DNA from: Lama glama
Lineage: Eukaryota
DNA length: 64,000 bases
NCBI GenBank assembly: GCA_028534125.1
Contig: CM052817.1
Coordinates: forward strand, 5,272,001 to 5,336,000
Direction: 5' to 3'
Shown here: positions 1-12,120 of the stretch, piece by piece
How positions within the stretch are numbered: position 1 is the stretch's first letter
Layout of the letters: each line of letters starts with the position of its first letter
Position numbers and translations under genes: made by a program
The notes under the pieces: model-generated
The model's database searches: none
Seen by the model: the letters and a program-made list of their open reading frames with translations, nothing else
Told to the model about the DNA's origin: nothing

Positions 1-1716
1 AGACCAGCCAGTTTATCTCTCTGGGAGAGATGAAAGTGTTTCACCGGCCGGTAGCCTCTGCCCGCCGCGGAGGTGGGGGGCAGCTATCTGGACCCCACGT
101 GTTCTCTATCTTGTAATTCAGAATCATCTTTCCCATGTGGGACTGTTTCGGCACCACAGAGTCTTTGCTGGAAGACTGATTTTTCCTTATCTAAAATGGT
201 ACTCCCTTTTTTTCTCTCTCTTAAGCATATTAGTGATTCATAAACAGTAAAATTAGTCTGCTAGAGGCTAGTGGAGGTACTCATCCTGGTGGCGCCTGCT
301 TTCCTGGGTTAGTAGTTAAAATAAATCATGGCTGTCACAATGGAATTCAGGCCTAAAAATCACCTGTAGGAGTCCCCTCCCCCTCCCCAGGCCCCCAGGG
401 CACCCGGGATCAAAGCTGTCTTCCCCACTCCGACTGAGGGGGTAAAGGAGGGAGGCGGAGGCGGCGGCCCAGGCGGAAAGCTCCAGAAGCTACACCAAAC
501 CAGGAAATTAATGTCTCTGCTCTATTGTTAGAGCTGGAAGCATGAAAGTATGAGGCCAATTTATGATATTAGTGTTTCTAAAGCGAAATATGATTAACCA
601 CTTCATTATGGAAAGTTACGTTTCCACTTAACCTCCTTGCGCTGGCGTCCAGAACTTGGGGTTTTGTATATGTGTGTGTGTGCGCTTTTTTTTTTTTACT
701 GCAAATTTAATAAATTCCAACATGCCCAAACTTCCTGACTTCCACTGTCCACCGCTGGTCTCTTTGGAAACTTCAAGAGTGGGAGATAACCCTCACAGTC
801 TGCTCTGCCTACCTTCGTGGCCGATGCCATAATCCGGGATCAGGCAAATCAGCTTTCATCTTCGGAGCACTTAAGTTAATTACATGGAGGCCGGTGGAGG
901 CCCCGGAGCTGGTTCTGCGCACAGCCTTCCCGAAGCCAAACATCATAGGATCCAGATGCAAGCCCTTGGCAGCTTAAGCCCAACAAATTTCCTTTGTCAA
1001 GAAATGCAAACAGCCAAACATTGCCACGGAGGCTACTTCAGTAAGTCGGCCTCCTTCTGGGACGCTGGGCCCAGGGGCCAGAAACACCGACCAGAAACCA
1101 TGAAAAAGTGAGCCTCACTGCTTTGGAAAAGTGGTCAGGGCCTCGCTGTCTCCCCAGAGTGTGAAGGACTGCTCTGTTTTATTTTGGATGGGCTGCTGAT
1201 CAAAATGGCTGGCTGCCTCCTTTAATCCAGCCCAAGTGTTTGGATGATTTAGGACTCTGTCCCAGGAGTGGGAACACGGGGAAAATGCACGGGGGCTGCT
1301 CCCACCTGCTGACGGCCCCCTGCCCACTCCCTTCTGACTTCGCCTCTGCACCCTGCCCTCGGGTTCCCTTCAGTCTGTCCCGCTTACATCATCCCTTTTC
1401 TTAGAACCTCTCCACGGATATCCCATCTCTGCTCTGCTGTCTGTCCCCCAGGACCTGTGTTGTCGGGCAAACTTCCTCCCTGATTTCACGTTCCATGTGT
1501 CACCAGAGTGACCTGTGTGGCCCTCTCCGTGTCCCCTGCTCTACCGGGGAGCCTTGGACTGGGTGGGTGAATCTGCCTGATTCTGGAGGCAACCACAGGA
1601 AGCCCACTGGGGCAGCATGAGGAAGACATGTTTAGCTGGAATTTTGACTCTGTCCTCCTGACTTTGGTGACTCAGAGCCCAGGTGGGGAGTGGAGGGGCA
1701 TGCTTGGTTAGCTTCC

Positions 1717-2166
1717 TGATGTGGGTGAAATTGTGTCCCCGCAAAAGACAGGTTCAAATCTTAACCCCCAGTAGCTATGAACTCAACATTACTGATTATT
1801 ACTTGGAAATAGGGTCTTCCAGGTAGAGCAAGAGCGTGATGGGTCGAGTGGACCCAAATCCGATGACTGGTATGTCTAGATGAAGACGAAAATTTGCACA
1901 CAGAGAGGAGAGGGAAGGTCATATGAAGAAGGAGGCAGAAACTAGGCTGATGCTAACACAAGCCAGGAACCAAGGGCTGCCAGCAGCTGCCGGGACCTGG
2001 GAGAGGCAGAGAGATCCTCCTCTGAGCTTTCAGAGGGAGGGTGGCCCTGTGATACATAGATACAGAACTCCCAGCCTCCAGAACTGTAGAGAAGAAAGGT
2101 CTGGTCTGCTGTATTAAACCACACAGTATGTGGTATTTCATTTTGCAGCCCTGGGAAACGAAGACA
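1717..2166 (+). mobile_element. MaLR solo LTR (MLT1B/C-like)
   Basis: MLT1 hallmarks TTGGAAATAGGGTCTT, AAATCCGATGACTGG, CAGCCTCCAGAACTGT, TGTGGTATTTC..GCAGCCCTGGGAAAC. Confidence 0.85.
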
Positions 2167-3659
2167 CCTCTTAAAACCTCAGCACTAATCACCTGTCTCT
2201 GTTTACCTAAGTGGACCCAAGCACCTGAACTGGATGGTGGTGCCGTGTCTTCCACAGCTTTGCCTGTCCTCTTGGCCGGCACACGGGGCCCTGCCCCGCC
2301 CAGGGACACCCTGCCGGCCCCTCGTATTTCACCCCTGGCTACCCAGGTCCCCTTCTCTGTGCCTCGGCTACCCTGGGGCTTTGCAGCTCCCTGAACTGGA
2401 ACTGTGACAGCCCGGCTGGCCCGCAGCCTGCTACCCCCCAAGCTTTGCCCCCTCCCCAGAGCCCAACCCTCTGCTAGCCTGGCCGACTCCCTCAACTCTC
2501 AGGACCCAAGTCCACAGTCCCTTCTCCATGGCTCCCGGAGCGCTCCCTGATTCCCGTCCTGCCCCTGGGTCCCCACAGCCCCTCACACAGCACCTGTCAC
2601 CCTCTACTGTCATTGTCCATTTGCAGAATCCACCACCAACCGAGGGCAGGCATCACAGCAGCCGCTTTGAGCACACAGCTCTCTTCACACCCACTAGGCT
2701 CGATGTGGGTGGAATGAATCCCCAAACGTGTCTCCACACGAAACTCAGCGTCCCCTCGAAGGTCATGGCGCCCATGGGGAAACAGACATAGTAAGGAAGG
2801 AACACCCCAACAGGACTGGCTCTCCCCTAGAAGGGAAAGAGAAATAGAGAGAAAAACCTTCTGAATTCCCTAAGTTGGCTCCTTGAAGCTGGACCTGAGA
2901 CGTGTGGTTTCAGCTCTCGCTCTCGGTGCATGCGTGTGGAAGAAAAGTCTATTCTGTCTGGCGGGGGACCGCTTCTCCCTTGGTGGGCTTCCAAACCCAC
3001 CTCATCAGCATGTGCTCTGACCATTTGCTTCCCCCCAAGGGAGAGTCGTGACTGGCAAGAACAGAGATACACTTCGTTCCCTGAAGGCAATTAACTTGGA
3101 AGGACCAAGAGCGACCCATCACTGGAGAACATCCCCACGTTGAAGCTGGGAAGAAAGTTCCAGATGCAGGTTGGAGTTTCATTTAGGGGAAAATCTCTGA
3201 ATCAAGAAAGAATCTTTCTAAAGGTTCAACAGCCAATAACTTAATATTTCCCCAACGGCCACAATCCAGCAGGAGAGCTGGAGCAGGAGAGCTGTGTTCT
3301 CTCGGGGAAAAGTCTCACTTCCACCCTGAACTTCTTGCCGAGCCTCAAATACAGTGCTCTCTGTTGCTCCCTCTGCCTGAAGCTCCGCTCCCCACGTGCC
3401 TTGGCCCGAACACCCGCTCCTCTGAGCAGGGCTCCACTTAAATGTCACCTGTTTCATCCAGTTCAGCCCCTCCTGCAGTCCCCATGTGTGCGAGGGTCCC
3501 TGGGCGAGGTACCTCTCTCTGCCCCAGCCACACTGTAACCCAGCACCCAGCACTTGGCCCAAAGGGGGTTCTTAATATCCTCTGGAAAGATGAACAGCTT
3601 GGCCGTCTCCCTGCAGCCTTGTTTTAGTAAAGGACACAAGCCAGGATAAGCAGCCACTC

Positions 3660-3920
3660 AGATCTGGTAACTGTAACAGAGACCCAGAATAATAGTAGCT
3701 TAACAAGACAGAGACCCATTTCTCTCTTATCAGGCATGTAAACTCCTCCTCTCTTCTTCCTCTGCCTTAATAGCAAACTTCTACCTCATGGCCCAAGATG
3801 ACACCTCCAGCTCCTGCCCTCTCATCCACACTCCAGCCAGTTAAATAAAAGGGGACCGAGGAAGGTATGCTCCTGCATTTAAGGGTATGCCCTGGAAGTT
3901 GCACATATCACTTCTGCTTG
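3660..3920 (-). mobile_element. Old MaLR LTR fragment (MLT1J/K-like)
   Basis: GCTTAACAAGACAGAG, CTCATGGCCCAAGATG..CCAGCTCC, GGAAGTTGCACATATCACTTCTGCT resemble old MLT1. Confidence 0.55.
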
Positions 3921-4263
3921 CCTGTGCTATACAGAAGAAATTTGGTTTTTTATCTATCTTTAAATATAATGGTTAACGTTTGCAAATCTCAAACTCCCAA
4001 ATTTATCCCTTCCCACCCCCTTTCCCCTGGTAACCATAAAATTGTTTACTATGTCTACTAGTCTGTTTCTGTTTTGCAGATGAGTTCATTAGTGTCCTCT
4101 TTTTTTCTTTTTTTTAGATTCCACATATGAGCGATAGCATATGGTATTTTTCTCTGTCTGGTTTACTTCACTTAGAATGATGATCTCTAGGTCCATCCAT
4201 GTTGCTGCAAATGGCATTGTTTTATTCTTTTTCGTGGCTGAGTAGTATTCTGTTGTACACCAC
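3921..4263 (-). mobile_element. LINE-1 3' fragment (artiodactyl/camelid type)
   Basis: CTGTGCTATACAG..GGTAACCATAAA..AGATTCCACATATGA..GGTCCATCCATGTTGCTGCAAATGGC; minus-strand translation includes the L1-typical [16 protein letters not shown]. Confidence 0.9.
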
Positions 4264-4285
4264 AAAAATGAAATTAAAATATGCA

Positions 4286-4438
4286 GGGGAGGGTATAGCT
4301 CAGTGGTAGAGTACCTGCTTAGCATGCACAAGGTCCTGGGTTCAATCCCCAATACCTCCATCAGATAAATAAGCAAGCAAACAAACAAACAAACCTAATT
4401 ACCTCCCCCACCAAAAAATAAATAAATAAAATAAAAAA
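4286..4438 (+). mobile_element. tRNA-Ala-derived SINE (camelid Vic-1-like)
   Basis: GGGTATAGCTCAGTGGTAGAG (A box)..CTTAGCA (AGC anticodon loop)..GGTTCAATCCC (B box), then A-rich linker, AACCTAATTACCTCCCC and A-rich tail. Confidence 0.92.
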
Positions 4439-5069
4439 TGTGTATACAATGTATATTTTAATTAAAAGCTTTCTAAAAATAATATAAAACCGGCACATAT
4501 AACATGCTTACAAGTGCTTAAAACGTAAGTTTTAAGAAAGATGAGGAAAGGGAAATAGATGTTACAGGGTGATGAAGTCATGGGTGCACTGTTTTCCTTC
4601 AATGTCCTTTTATAACACTCTTTCCCCCTGACTTTTCTCAGTGTTTAAGGAGTAACAAAGCTAAAATGGTGCGGGGCAATGAGGAACGGCCAGGAAGTGG
4701 AGGTTTGTCAGGCATGTGAAGTTTCAGCCAGTTTGTTCTCATTACCACATCTCGTCTACAACCCAGTAAAGTTTGGTGAGCCTCCTTCTACAGAGAAGGA
4801 CCTTGAGATTTGGAGAGAGGAAATAATTGACCCAAGTTAGGTGAGTGGAGCTGGCAGAATTCAAACCCGCATCTGGCAGGCTCCTGGGTTGGTGCGTGCT
4901 CTTCTAATCCACATCCAGCCCATTGCGTCCAGCTCAGCCCATCTGTGCAAGGCACACAGAGAAGAGGATGTGACTGGGGGCACACAGGTCCATGCATCAG
5001 TCAACACCACCTCAGAGGACGCTGAGCCGGAAGCCTCCATGTCCTCCTCACCCAACAGCAATTTTTTTT

Positions 5070-6280
5070 TCTTTCAGCAAAACTTGGTGAGCATCTGTTC
5101 TAGGTGCTGGGGATGCAATACCACCCTTTGGGAGGCTGTCATTCTGGTGCAGAAGGATGAACAGTGCACAAGTGAGCAAAGACAGCATGAAGCAAGGGGG
5201 ATGGGGTGAGGGCTGTAATGGGGAGTGGAGCAGGGTCAGGAGGGATGGGTGGGGCATGTCCATGTCGGGTGGTGGGGAAAGCGCCTCTGGGGCCGTGACC
5301 TGGAGCAGAGGCCACCATTGCAGAGAGCAATGCAGGTCTCTGGGAATGACCATCCCATGCAGTTGGAAGAGCATGTGCAAAGGCCCTGAGGCAAGAATGG
5401 GTTTGGTGTGTTTGATGAGGACCAGACAAAGCCAAACAGCCAGAGCAGAGTGGTGGGAGGTGGGAAAGAGAGGGAGCCAGGATCTAAACCCACCCCCCGA
5501 GGCCATGGTTGGGAGCTTGGATTTTATCTATGTGACAGGGGAGCCATTGGGTTTTGAGCACAAAAGTGACATGTGTTGAGAATTGGCTGAAGGAGAATCT
5601 ATTAGCCTTCCAAGACTGCCCTAAGAGACTACCACAAAACTGGGTGAGGGGTGCTTAAAACAACAGAAATTCATCCTCCCCAGTTCTGGAGGCCAGAAGT
5701 CCAAAGTCAAGATGTCAGTAGGGTTGGTTCCCTTTGAAGGCTCCCGGGGGGATCCCTTCCAGGCCCCTCTCCTAGCTTCTGGTGGTTTCCCACAATCCCT
5801 GGTGCCCCGTGGCTTATAGACACGTCTCTCCAACCTCAGCCACCATCTTCACACGGCCTCTCTATGTATCTTTTCTCTTCTTTTCTACGGATACTTGTCA
5901 TTGGCTTTGGAGCCCACCTCGGTCCCCTAGGAGGATCTCATCTCAAGACCCTTCGCTTAATTCATCTGCAAAGGCCCTTGTTACAAGTGAGGCCACCTTC
6001 ACAGGTCCTGGAGAGACATATCTTTTGGAGGCCAACATTCAACCCACTACGGGGGTCGGGGGGACACAGAGAGATCAGTTAAGAGGCTACTGCTGTCACT
6101 CAGGTGAGTGATGACAGTGCCCTGAACTAGGCAGGGGAAGCTGAGTCATGGCAGGTTTAAGAGGTATCAGGAGATGAATATATAGGACACAATGAATGAC
6201 CAGGTGCAGAGAACTGAGGAAGAGGGCGTGGTTAAGGGTGACTGTTAGGTTTTGATTTAAACAGCGAGGTGAATCATGAA
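5070..6280 (-). mobile_element. LINE-2 fragment interrupted by an MLT1 LTR
   Basis: TGTTCTAGGTGCTGGGGAT, AGCATGTGCAAAGGCCCTGAGGC, GGAGCCATTG..TTTTGAGCA; resumes after 6060 with CAGTTAAGAGGCTACTGC. Confidence 0.75.
5598..6051 (-). mobile_element. MaLR solo LTR (MLT1C-like)
   Basis: CTTAAAACAACAGAAATT..CAGTTCTGGAGGCCAGAAGTCCAAA..CCTAGCTTCTGGTGG..ATTCAACCCACTAC. Confidence 0.85.
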
Positions 6281-7109
6281 TTTTCCTTTTAAATCTTTAT
6301 TTCATCTAATTCTGTACCACAAAACTTACCCTTCTCTCCAGAACCAATTACCCCAGTTCCTAAAAGGAGTGAACCCAATCTCTTAAAGCTGGTCTGGTTC
6401 CCCACAGACATTTTTTAAGGCTGCCGAGCTCCAGGAAACACAAGAAGACCTTCCTGTGATTGCTAAGTAATTGCTTTTCAACTATAAAAGTAATTAAGAA
6501 ATGCACCAATTTCCCTAAGTGTAATGTAATTAAATCCACCGGCTTGGAAAATCATTTGCGATAAACTGAAACAGCGAAAGATCAGGGGAATTAGGGAAGC
6601 GTCTGACATGGGGCACAGAGTGTTCTCTGGGGCTTTTCCCCTGGAGGGGCGGCCTTGGCAGGTGCAGGACGTGGTTGGCAAAGGAGGGGAGGGTGGAGGA
6701 TGGGAGGTGGCTGGGTAGGGTTACCTTCAGGGGGAGGCGCTTAGGCCGAGGAGGGAGCCCAGGGACCAGGTCGGGGTGGGTAGAGCCCTTGCCCCAGGAG
6801 GTCAACGGCAGTTTCAATTTTGGTTAAGAAGGTGGCTAAGGAAGCTGGATGAATGATCCGTCTTAAGGAAGGAATCTGGCCCATAAACAGAAGCCAGTGA
6901 ATTCAGGGTCTTGTTGGTCTAAGAAATGCAGACAGGTCAGGTGAGCAGTTCAAGACTAAGACTCTAGCCAAAAAGCAGGGCATCAAAGGTCTCTTCTTAA
7001 ATGATTCTAGCTGCAGTTACAGAATCTGATGGCTTCAGGGAGCCAAGAGGGCCAAATAGCCAGATTTCCAGTATATACTGAAACTAGCACCTTTTTTGGC
7101 AGGGTGTGG

Positions 7110-7330
7110 TAGAGAGATTAGAAAGAAATTTTGAGCCAGGCAGAGAGCTCCAGGTTCAAATCCTGACTCATACACTTTGTTATCTTGAGCAATTTGCTAA
7201 GCCCGCTGAGCCTCTGTTTCCTCTTCCATAAGAGAATAACCACCGTACCTGACATGCGCATAGTAGGGAAGGAGGCACACGATGTGCTTTAGAAGCTGTC
7301 AGGACCCGTACTGACGTGCACCACGATTAC
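7110..7330 (+). mobile_element. MIR SINE
   Basis: MIR core GGTTCAAATCCTGACTC..CTTGAGCAA..CTGAGCCTCTGTTTCCTC. Confidence 0.7.
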
Positions 7331-7345
7331 TGAGAAAGGGCCATC

Positions 7346-7832
7346 TGTTACCGAGTCCTAGCTCACACTGCTCACTTCACAACAGGCCAGTAAACTGAGA
7401 AACAAGCTGTTGGGCAAGGAATAGCGACTTTATTCAGAAAGCCAGCAAAACAAGAAGATGGTGGACTAGTGTCCCAAAGAACCATCTATCCTGAGTTAGA
7501 ATTCAGGCTTCTTTATCCTAAAAGGGGAGGGAGTAAAGTCAAACATTTCCTGGGTCCTGTCAGCCTCCGGAGAGGATGTATTAATTTCTTCCTTCTGGCA
7601 GTCATTCACAGGTGGCCTGGTCAGGGTGTTTCCTGGGAGCTAAACAAAGGTATTTTAGCTTAATGTTCAAAGCTTAAAGCTGGGAGGCAGGGTTCCCAGA
7701 GATGGGCAATTATGTATCATTTAATCTTATGGGCAACATCACTTTAGTGATTAACTTGCAGCAAAAGCAATGGAAGACAAAGGGTAGAGTAAAAGAAACA
7801 GACCCAATACAGAGTCAGATTTGTTCTTCCCA
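7346..7832 (-). mobile_element. ERV1-class solo LTR
   Basis: Starts TGTTACCGAG; contains TTTATT (minus-strand polyA signal) in GACTTTATTCAGAAAGCCAGC..GAAGATGGTGGACT; right end approximate. Confidence 0.7.
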
Positions 7833-8128
7833 TTCCTCCCACCTCTTCATCTCGTCTCCTCTCAGGCCCTGGGAGGCCACTCCAGCTAGGACTTCTGCTC
7901 CCTCCCCACATCAGCCCCCTCTCTCCACTGCTTCCTTTCCTTTGACCAAGGCCCATACTGTCTGCTCCCCCTCCCCACACCCCATTTCCTCAAATATAAT
8001 AAGAGTAAAATTAAAGGCTCTCCCTCATGGGGTATTGGGAGGATTGAAAGAGTTGATGCATGAAAAAATGGATGCATGAAAAAATGGAACCAGGTACAGA
8101 CCTCTGTGAGCCTGCCGGAGAGCTCAGC

Positions 8129-8175
<47 letters not shown>
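8129..8175. repeat. (TAT)n microsatellite, about 15 units, at a MIR tail
   Basis: Direct reading; follows MIR-like sequence at about 7980-8128. Confidence 0.97.
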
Positions 8176-8177
<2 letters not shown>

Positions 8178-8559
8178 CATTTAGAAAACAGCAAGCAAAA
8201 AGAAGAAACAAAAATCAACCCCAAATCCTCCCACCTAGCAGGAACTATTGTTAACCATTGGAGAATAACCTTGTTGGCTTTTTTAAAAATTCATATAGTT
8301 TTTTTTTTTAACTTTCAGGAACTGCTTATCTTCTTGCATGCTGTTTGGGGGACCTATTTTTGTCATAGAACAACTCACCATGAGCAACTTCACATGTTAT
8401 CACACTTTCTTGTCCATCGTTAAATTATCTGTAGTATTATCACACCATTGTTCAGTCAATTAACTAGTCCATGGACCATTGGAACAGCTGGTCTCCATAC
8501 CTCCTTCCCAACCAATTCCCACCCCCCACAGCCTGGACTCACCTCTCTCCAGTTCTTCC

Positions 8560-8880
8560 TACAGATCTCCCTAAAGGGAAGACACAGTTCTGAACACATC
8601 ACTCTTCTACTCAAACACTTGCAGTGGTGCCCCAGTGCCTAACAACTGAAATTATATCTTCTCTCCTCGGCATTCAAGGCTCTTTCCAAAATCTTGCTCC
8701 AACCCTGTTAGCTCCTAAATCCCCCGTCATACTCCACACACTGCCCCCAAGGACCCTCCTCACTCTTACTGTTCCCAAGCCCTTACGGAACTTGTTTTCC
8801 CATCGCCACATGTCTTGGTCCTACCCATCTTTCAAAACCCAACCCAAGTTCATTTTATTCCTCAAAGCCTTATCTGTTGC
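8560..8880 (+). mobile_element. LINE-2 fragment
   Basis: TCACTCTTCTACTCAAACACTTGCAGTGG, GGCATTCAAGGCTCT, CCTACCCATCTTTCAAAACCCAAC. Confidence 0.6.
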
Positions 8881-8884
8881 CCAT

Positions 8885-9307
8885 TGTATCAATCAGGATC
8901 CAATTCAGCCAGAGGAAACAAGACAATATAACAGTGGCCTAAACAAGATAAAAGGTCATTCTCTCTTTCATAAGGATGACCTGAGGCAGATGACCCCAGG
9001 ACAAGTATGGTAGCTGCCATTCCTGGAGTGAACACTTGTCCTCATGGGCTAGTATAATTGCCAGAGCTCCAGACATTGCATCTGCTTTCCTGACAGAAAA
9101 ATTTTAAAGAAGACAGGAAGAAGAATGTATGCTCTCTTTTTCAGGAGGCTTTCCAGAAATACCACACAAGACTTCTGTTTGCATCTTACTATCCAGAACT
9201 TGGTCTCTTGGTCACCCATGTGCAAAAGCAGCTGGGGAATGGAGTAATGTGCCCCTTACTAAGAAAGAAGGGAGAATGGATACTGAGAGACAGCCCAACA
9301 TCCCACA
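8885..9307 (-). mobile_element. MaLR LTR (MLT1J/K-like)
   Basis: AACAGTGGCCTAAACAAGATA, CCAGACATTGCATCTGC, CCAGAACTTGGTC, GAAGGGAGAATGGATA. Confidence 0.65.
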
Positions 9308-9485
9308 ACTAGGAATAACAGCTCCTTCCTCTGAGCACCATGCTCTTACTCCAGGAGGGAGCAGGGTCTAAGGAAAGACAAAGGCTTTGGAACCAAACAT
9401 ATCTGGGTTTAGATCCTGGCTAGCTGCTTTCTAGCAAGACAATAAGACAATTTAGGAACATTACTTAAACATTCTCATTCTCTGT

Positions 9486-9486
<1 letters not shown>

Positions 9487-9539
<53 letters not shown>
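9487..9539. repeat. (AAT)n microsatellite, about 17 units, inside a MIR
   Basis: Direct reading; flanked by MIR-like sequence at about 9375-9625. Confidence 0.97.
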
Positions 9540-9984
9540 GCATTTGTGAGGTCATGGAAGAGTCTTGTGTACATAAAGTACTCGGGAAAGTGTCCCATAA
9601 GAGCCTGATAAATACTTATTGGCTGCCAAGCCCTCCTCATTTGCATTATGTCAACTGCATCCTGTGTTCTATCTTCTACAAGACTGAGGGCTGTTAAGCC
9701 CAGGCACCTGGCACATGGTAAGGGCTATCAGTAACACTTGCTGTATTCATTTGAACCCAGCTGACCTGTCCCTTCTCCTGGGCTTGATCTGACCCTGCCT
9801 TAGTCAGTGAACTCACAGCCATTGGGATACTGGGCATGAAGCTGACTCAGCAGGTTTGGGATGGGACCTGGAAACCTACATTTTTCATCTCCCTGGGGTA
9901 GAGAATCACTGGTCCAGAAACAAAGTGACTCTATAAGCTCTTAACAGAATATGGAGCAGGCAGCAAGTGCTCAGGAAACATCAG

Positions 9985-10532
9985 CTCCTCTCACCATGGT
10001 TGCTGCCGAGTAACAAACAAACCCTAAAATGCAGTGGCATTAAGCAAGCATCTTGGCATACTCATGGTTCTGTAGGTTGGGAATTTGGGCAGAGTTTGTC
10101 TCTGTTCCCACACTCTGGGCCTCAGCCAGGAGACCCAAATGGATGGTGGGCTTGAAGGCTGGAATCATCTTTAGGCATCTTCACTCCCATGTCTCATGGC
10201 TGATGCTACCTGTCAGCTGGGTTGTCGGTTGGGACACATGGGGCCTCTCCCTGTGGGCTGGGTTGGGCTTACTGACAGCATGGTGGTTGGGTTCCAAGAG
10301 ACAGTGACCCTAGAGAGCAAGGCAAACACACATGGCATTTTCATGATCTAATAATCTAGCCTTGGAAGTCACATAGGGTCCCTTTCACAAAAGTCACAAG
10401 CCTGCCCAGGTTCAAAGGGAGAAAACAGAGACCCCATCATTCAGTGTGAGGGGTGTCGATGTCATGTATCAGAAGGACATGTGGAATGGGAGATACTGAG
10501 GCAGCCGTCTTCAGAAAGTACTGTCTACTACA
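9985..10532 (-). mobile_element. MaLR LTR (MLT1G/H-like)
   Basis: TTGCTGCCGAGTAACAAAC, GGCTGGAATCATCT, CAGCATGGTGGTTGGGTTCCAAGAG, CTAGCCTTGGAAGTCACATAG. Confidence 0.75.
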
Positions 10533-10535
<3 letters not shown>

Positions 10536-10568
<33 letters not shown>

Positions 10569-10599
10569 TAATAATAATAATAAAAGAAGAAGAAGAAGA
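10536..10599. repeat. Compound (AAT)n(GAA)n microsatellite
   Basis: Direct reading; one AAC interruption. Confidence 0.95.
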
Positions 10600-11956
10600 G
10601 GTCATCTTCACCATTGCATCATCTAGGACCACCCAGGCTAATACCACCTGGGGTGACGGAACCAGCTTTGGAAATGGACAATCTCAGATCTACCACTTAC
10701 CAGCCTTTTGACCTTGAATGGGTCCCTTCTCTGCACTTACGTTCTGAATTTACAATATGGGGATGAGAACTCTTCCCTCCCAGGACTCTAGGGAATCTTA
10801 AATATATAGAGAACACATAGAGAGTTCCTAGGGCCTGGTGCCGGCTGCCTCTGTGGTGAGATGCCGGTTTTCTGTTCAGGGCTGAATTAGAGCCCGCCTT
10901 CCCACGGACACCTCTGCCGTCCCATGGGGCAGTCGGACAGGGTCAGGGTCAGGGACCCTGGGGGCCGGGCCAGTGATGTGTCCAGGCCACCTTTTCCAAT
11001 GGACTCATCATGAGCCTTTTAAACTTCAGCTTCCTGGATGACTAGGCTTTGAAGTGACCCGCGGCAGTTTGAGTCTCTTTGGGAGTCCTCTTGACTTTCC
11101 CCCAGTGAGATATCTGGCTGGTGATGTGGCTGGAAAGATCCACGGGAGAGACATGCAATATCTTTCTTCCCAAACTTCCCGGTCCTCCAAGGAAAGGCCG
11201 TGTTTGGTTTGAAAACAGAATGGCTTTATCACCAACCAGAGCTCTGGAAGAAATCTCTCCCCCTAAAGCTGAACAAACAGCCCGGGCTCCGCTCACACCC
11301 TGCTCTTAGCTCTTGAAACCCGTTTGGGCTTATCTAGGGCCTGCCTTCACCCTGGAGCTGCCCAGACGCCCTCTTCTCAGAGGTGTGTCCTGAGCCCCAG
11401 ACCCCTCCATGGGCTGGGAGATCTGCCTTCCGCCCCATCTCCTCCTTGTAGGGGGATGAGGCACCTGCATTCAGGTCTCTTCCTGCTCTGAGCCTCAGTG
11501 TCCTCACCTGCAAAGTGGAGATGAGACTGCTTGCCTCACCCAAATGAGCCAGGGGTGAGGGAGACAACTTTAACAGGAAGAGCGGGCATAGGAGGTGCTC
11601 GGAGAGCCCTGGCTTGGTCTGAAAAGAATACAGCAGGGGGTTGGTTTGAAACATACTGCTTAGGTGCTGGGTGACCTTGGGCAAATTCATTAACCTCTCT
11701 GAGACTCAGCAGCTTCAGCTTGTAAGTCACCTGGCAATAATAAGATTGCTACAAAGCACTGCTCCCAATGCTCAGACACCTAATTCATAGGTAGTTATTT
11801 ATTATTATTATCAGTCATTATGATCAAGTTATGACGTTCCTTTAGGCAAGAACTGCTTATTTATTTATTCCCAACACTTTGCATATACTAAATGGAGCTC
11901 CTCAATATGACTGTGGATAAAATCCTATCATTTTTAGATCATTTCTATTTTTTAAA

Positions 11957-12117
11957 AATCTTGTTTTAAATTTTGTGGGTTTTTGTTTTGATTTTTGTGG
12001 GAGAAAGGGTAATTAGGTTTATTTATTTATGTATTCTTAGAGGAGGGACTGGGGATTGAACCCAGGACCTCGTGCATGCTAAGCAGGCGCTCTACCTCTG
12101 AGTTACACCCTCCCTCC
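11957..12117 (-). mobile_element. tRNA-Ala-derived SINE (Vic-1-like)
   Basis: Reverse complement GGGTGTAACTCAGAGGTAGAGCGCCTGCTTAGCATGCACGAGGTCCTGGGTTCAATCCCC; imperfect TSD ATCATTTYTATTTT(T)TAAA at 11938-11956 and 12118-12135. Confidence 0.92.
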
Positions 12118-12120
12118 ATC

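Noticed and set aside
1953..2495. 180-aa minus-strand ORF
   Set aside because: Overlaps an MLT1 LTR and GC-rich low-complexity sequence; non-ATG start.
4286..4360. Apparent tRNA-Ala(AGC) genes (also near 12050, 12240, 36340, 46540 and 52670)
   Set aside because: Stem-disrupting substitutions, shared SINE 3' segment or L1 tail, A tails and TSDs identify them as retroposed copies.
3921..4438. Second possible L1-SINE chimera
   Set aside because: The L1 and SINE are in opposite orientation, separated by about 20 bp, and share no TSD; probably independent insertions.
8055..8086. Perfect 16-bp tandem duplication GATGCATGAAAAAATG
   Set aside because: Ordinary local duplication within a MIR; no sign of function.
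8076..8423. Poly-Ile and poly-Asn ORFs (also 9461, 10481, 30151)
   Set aside because: Translations of AAT/ATT microsatellites.
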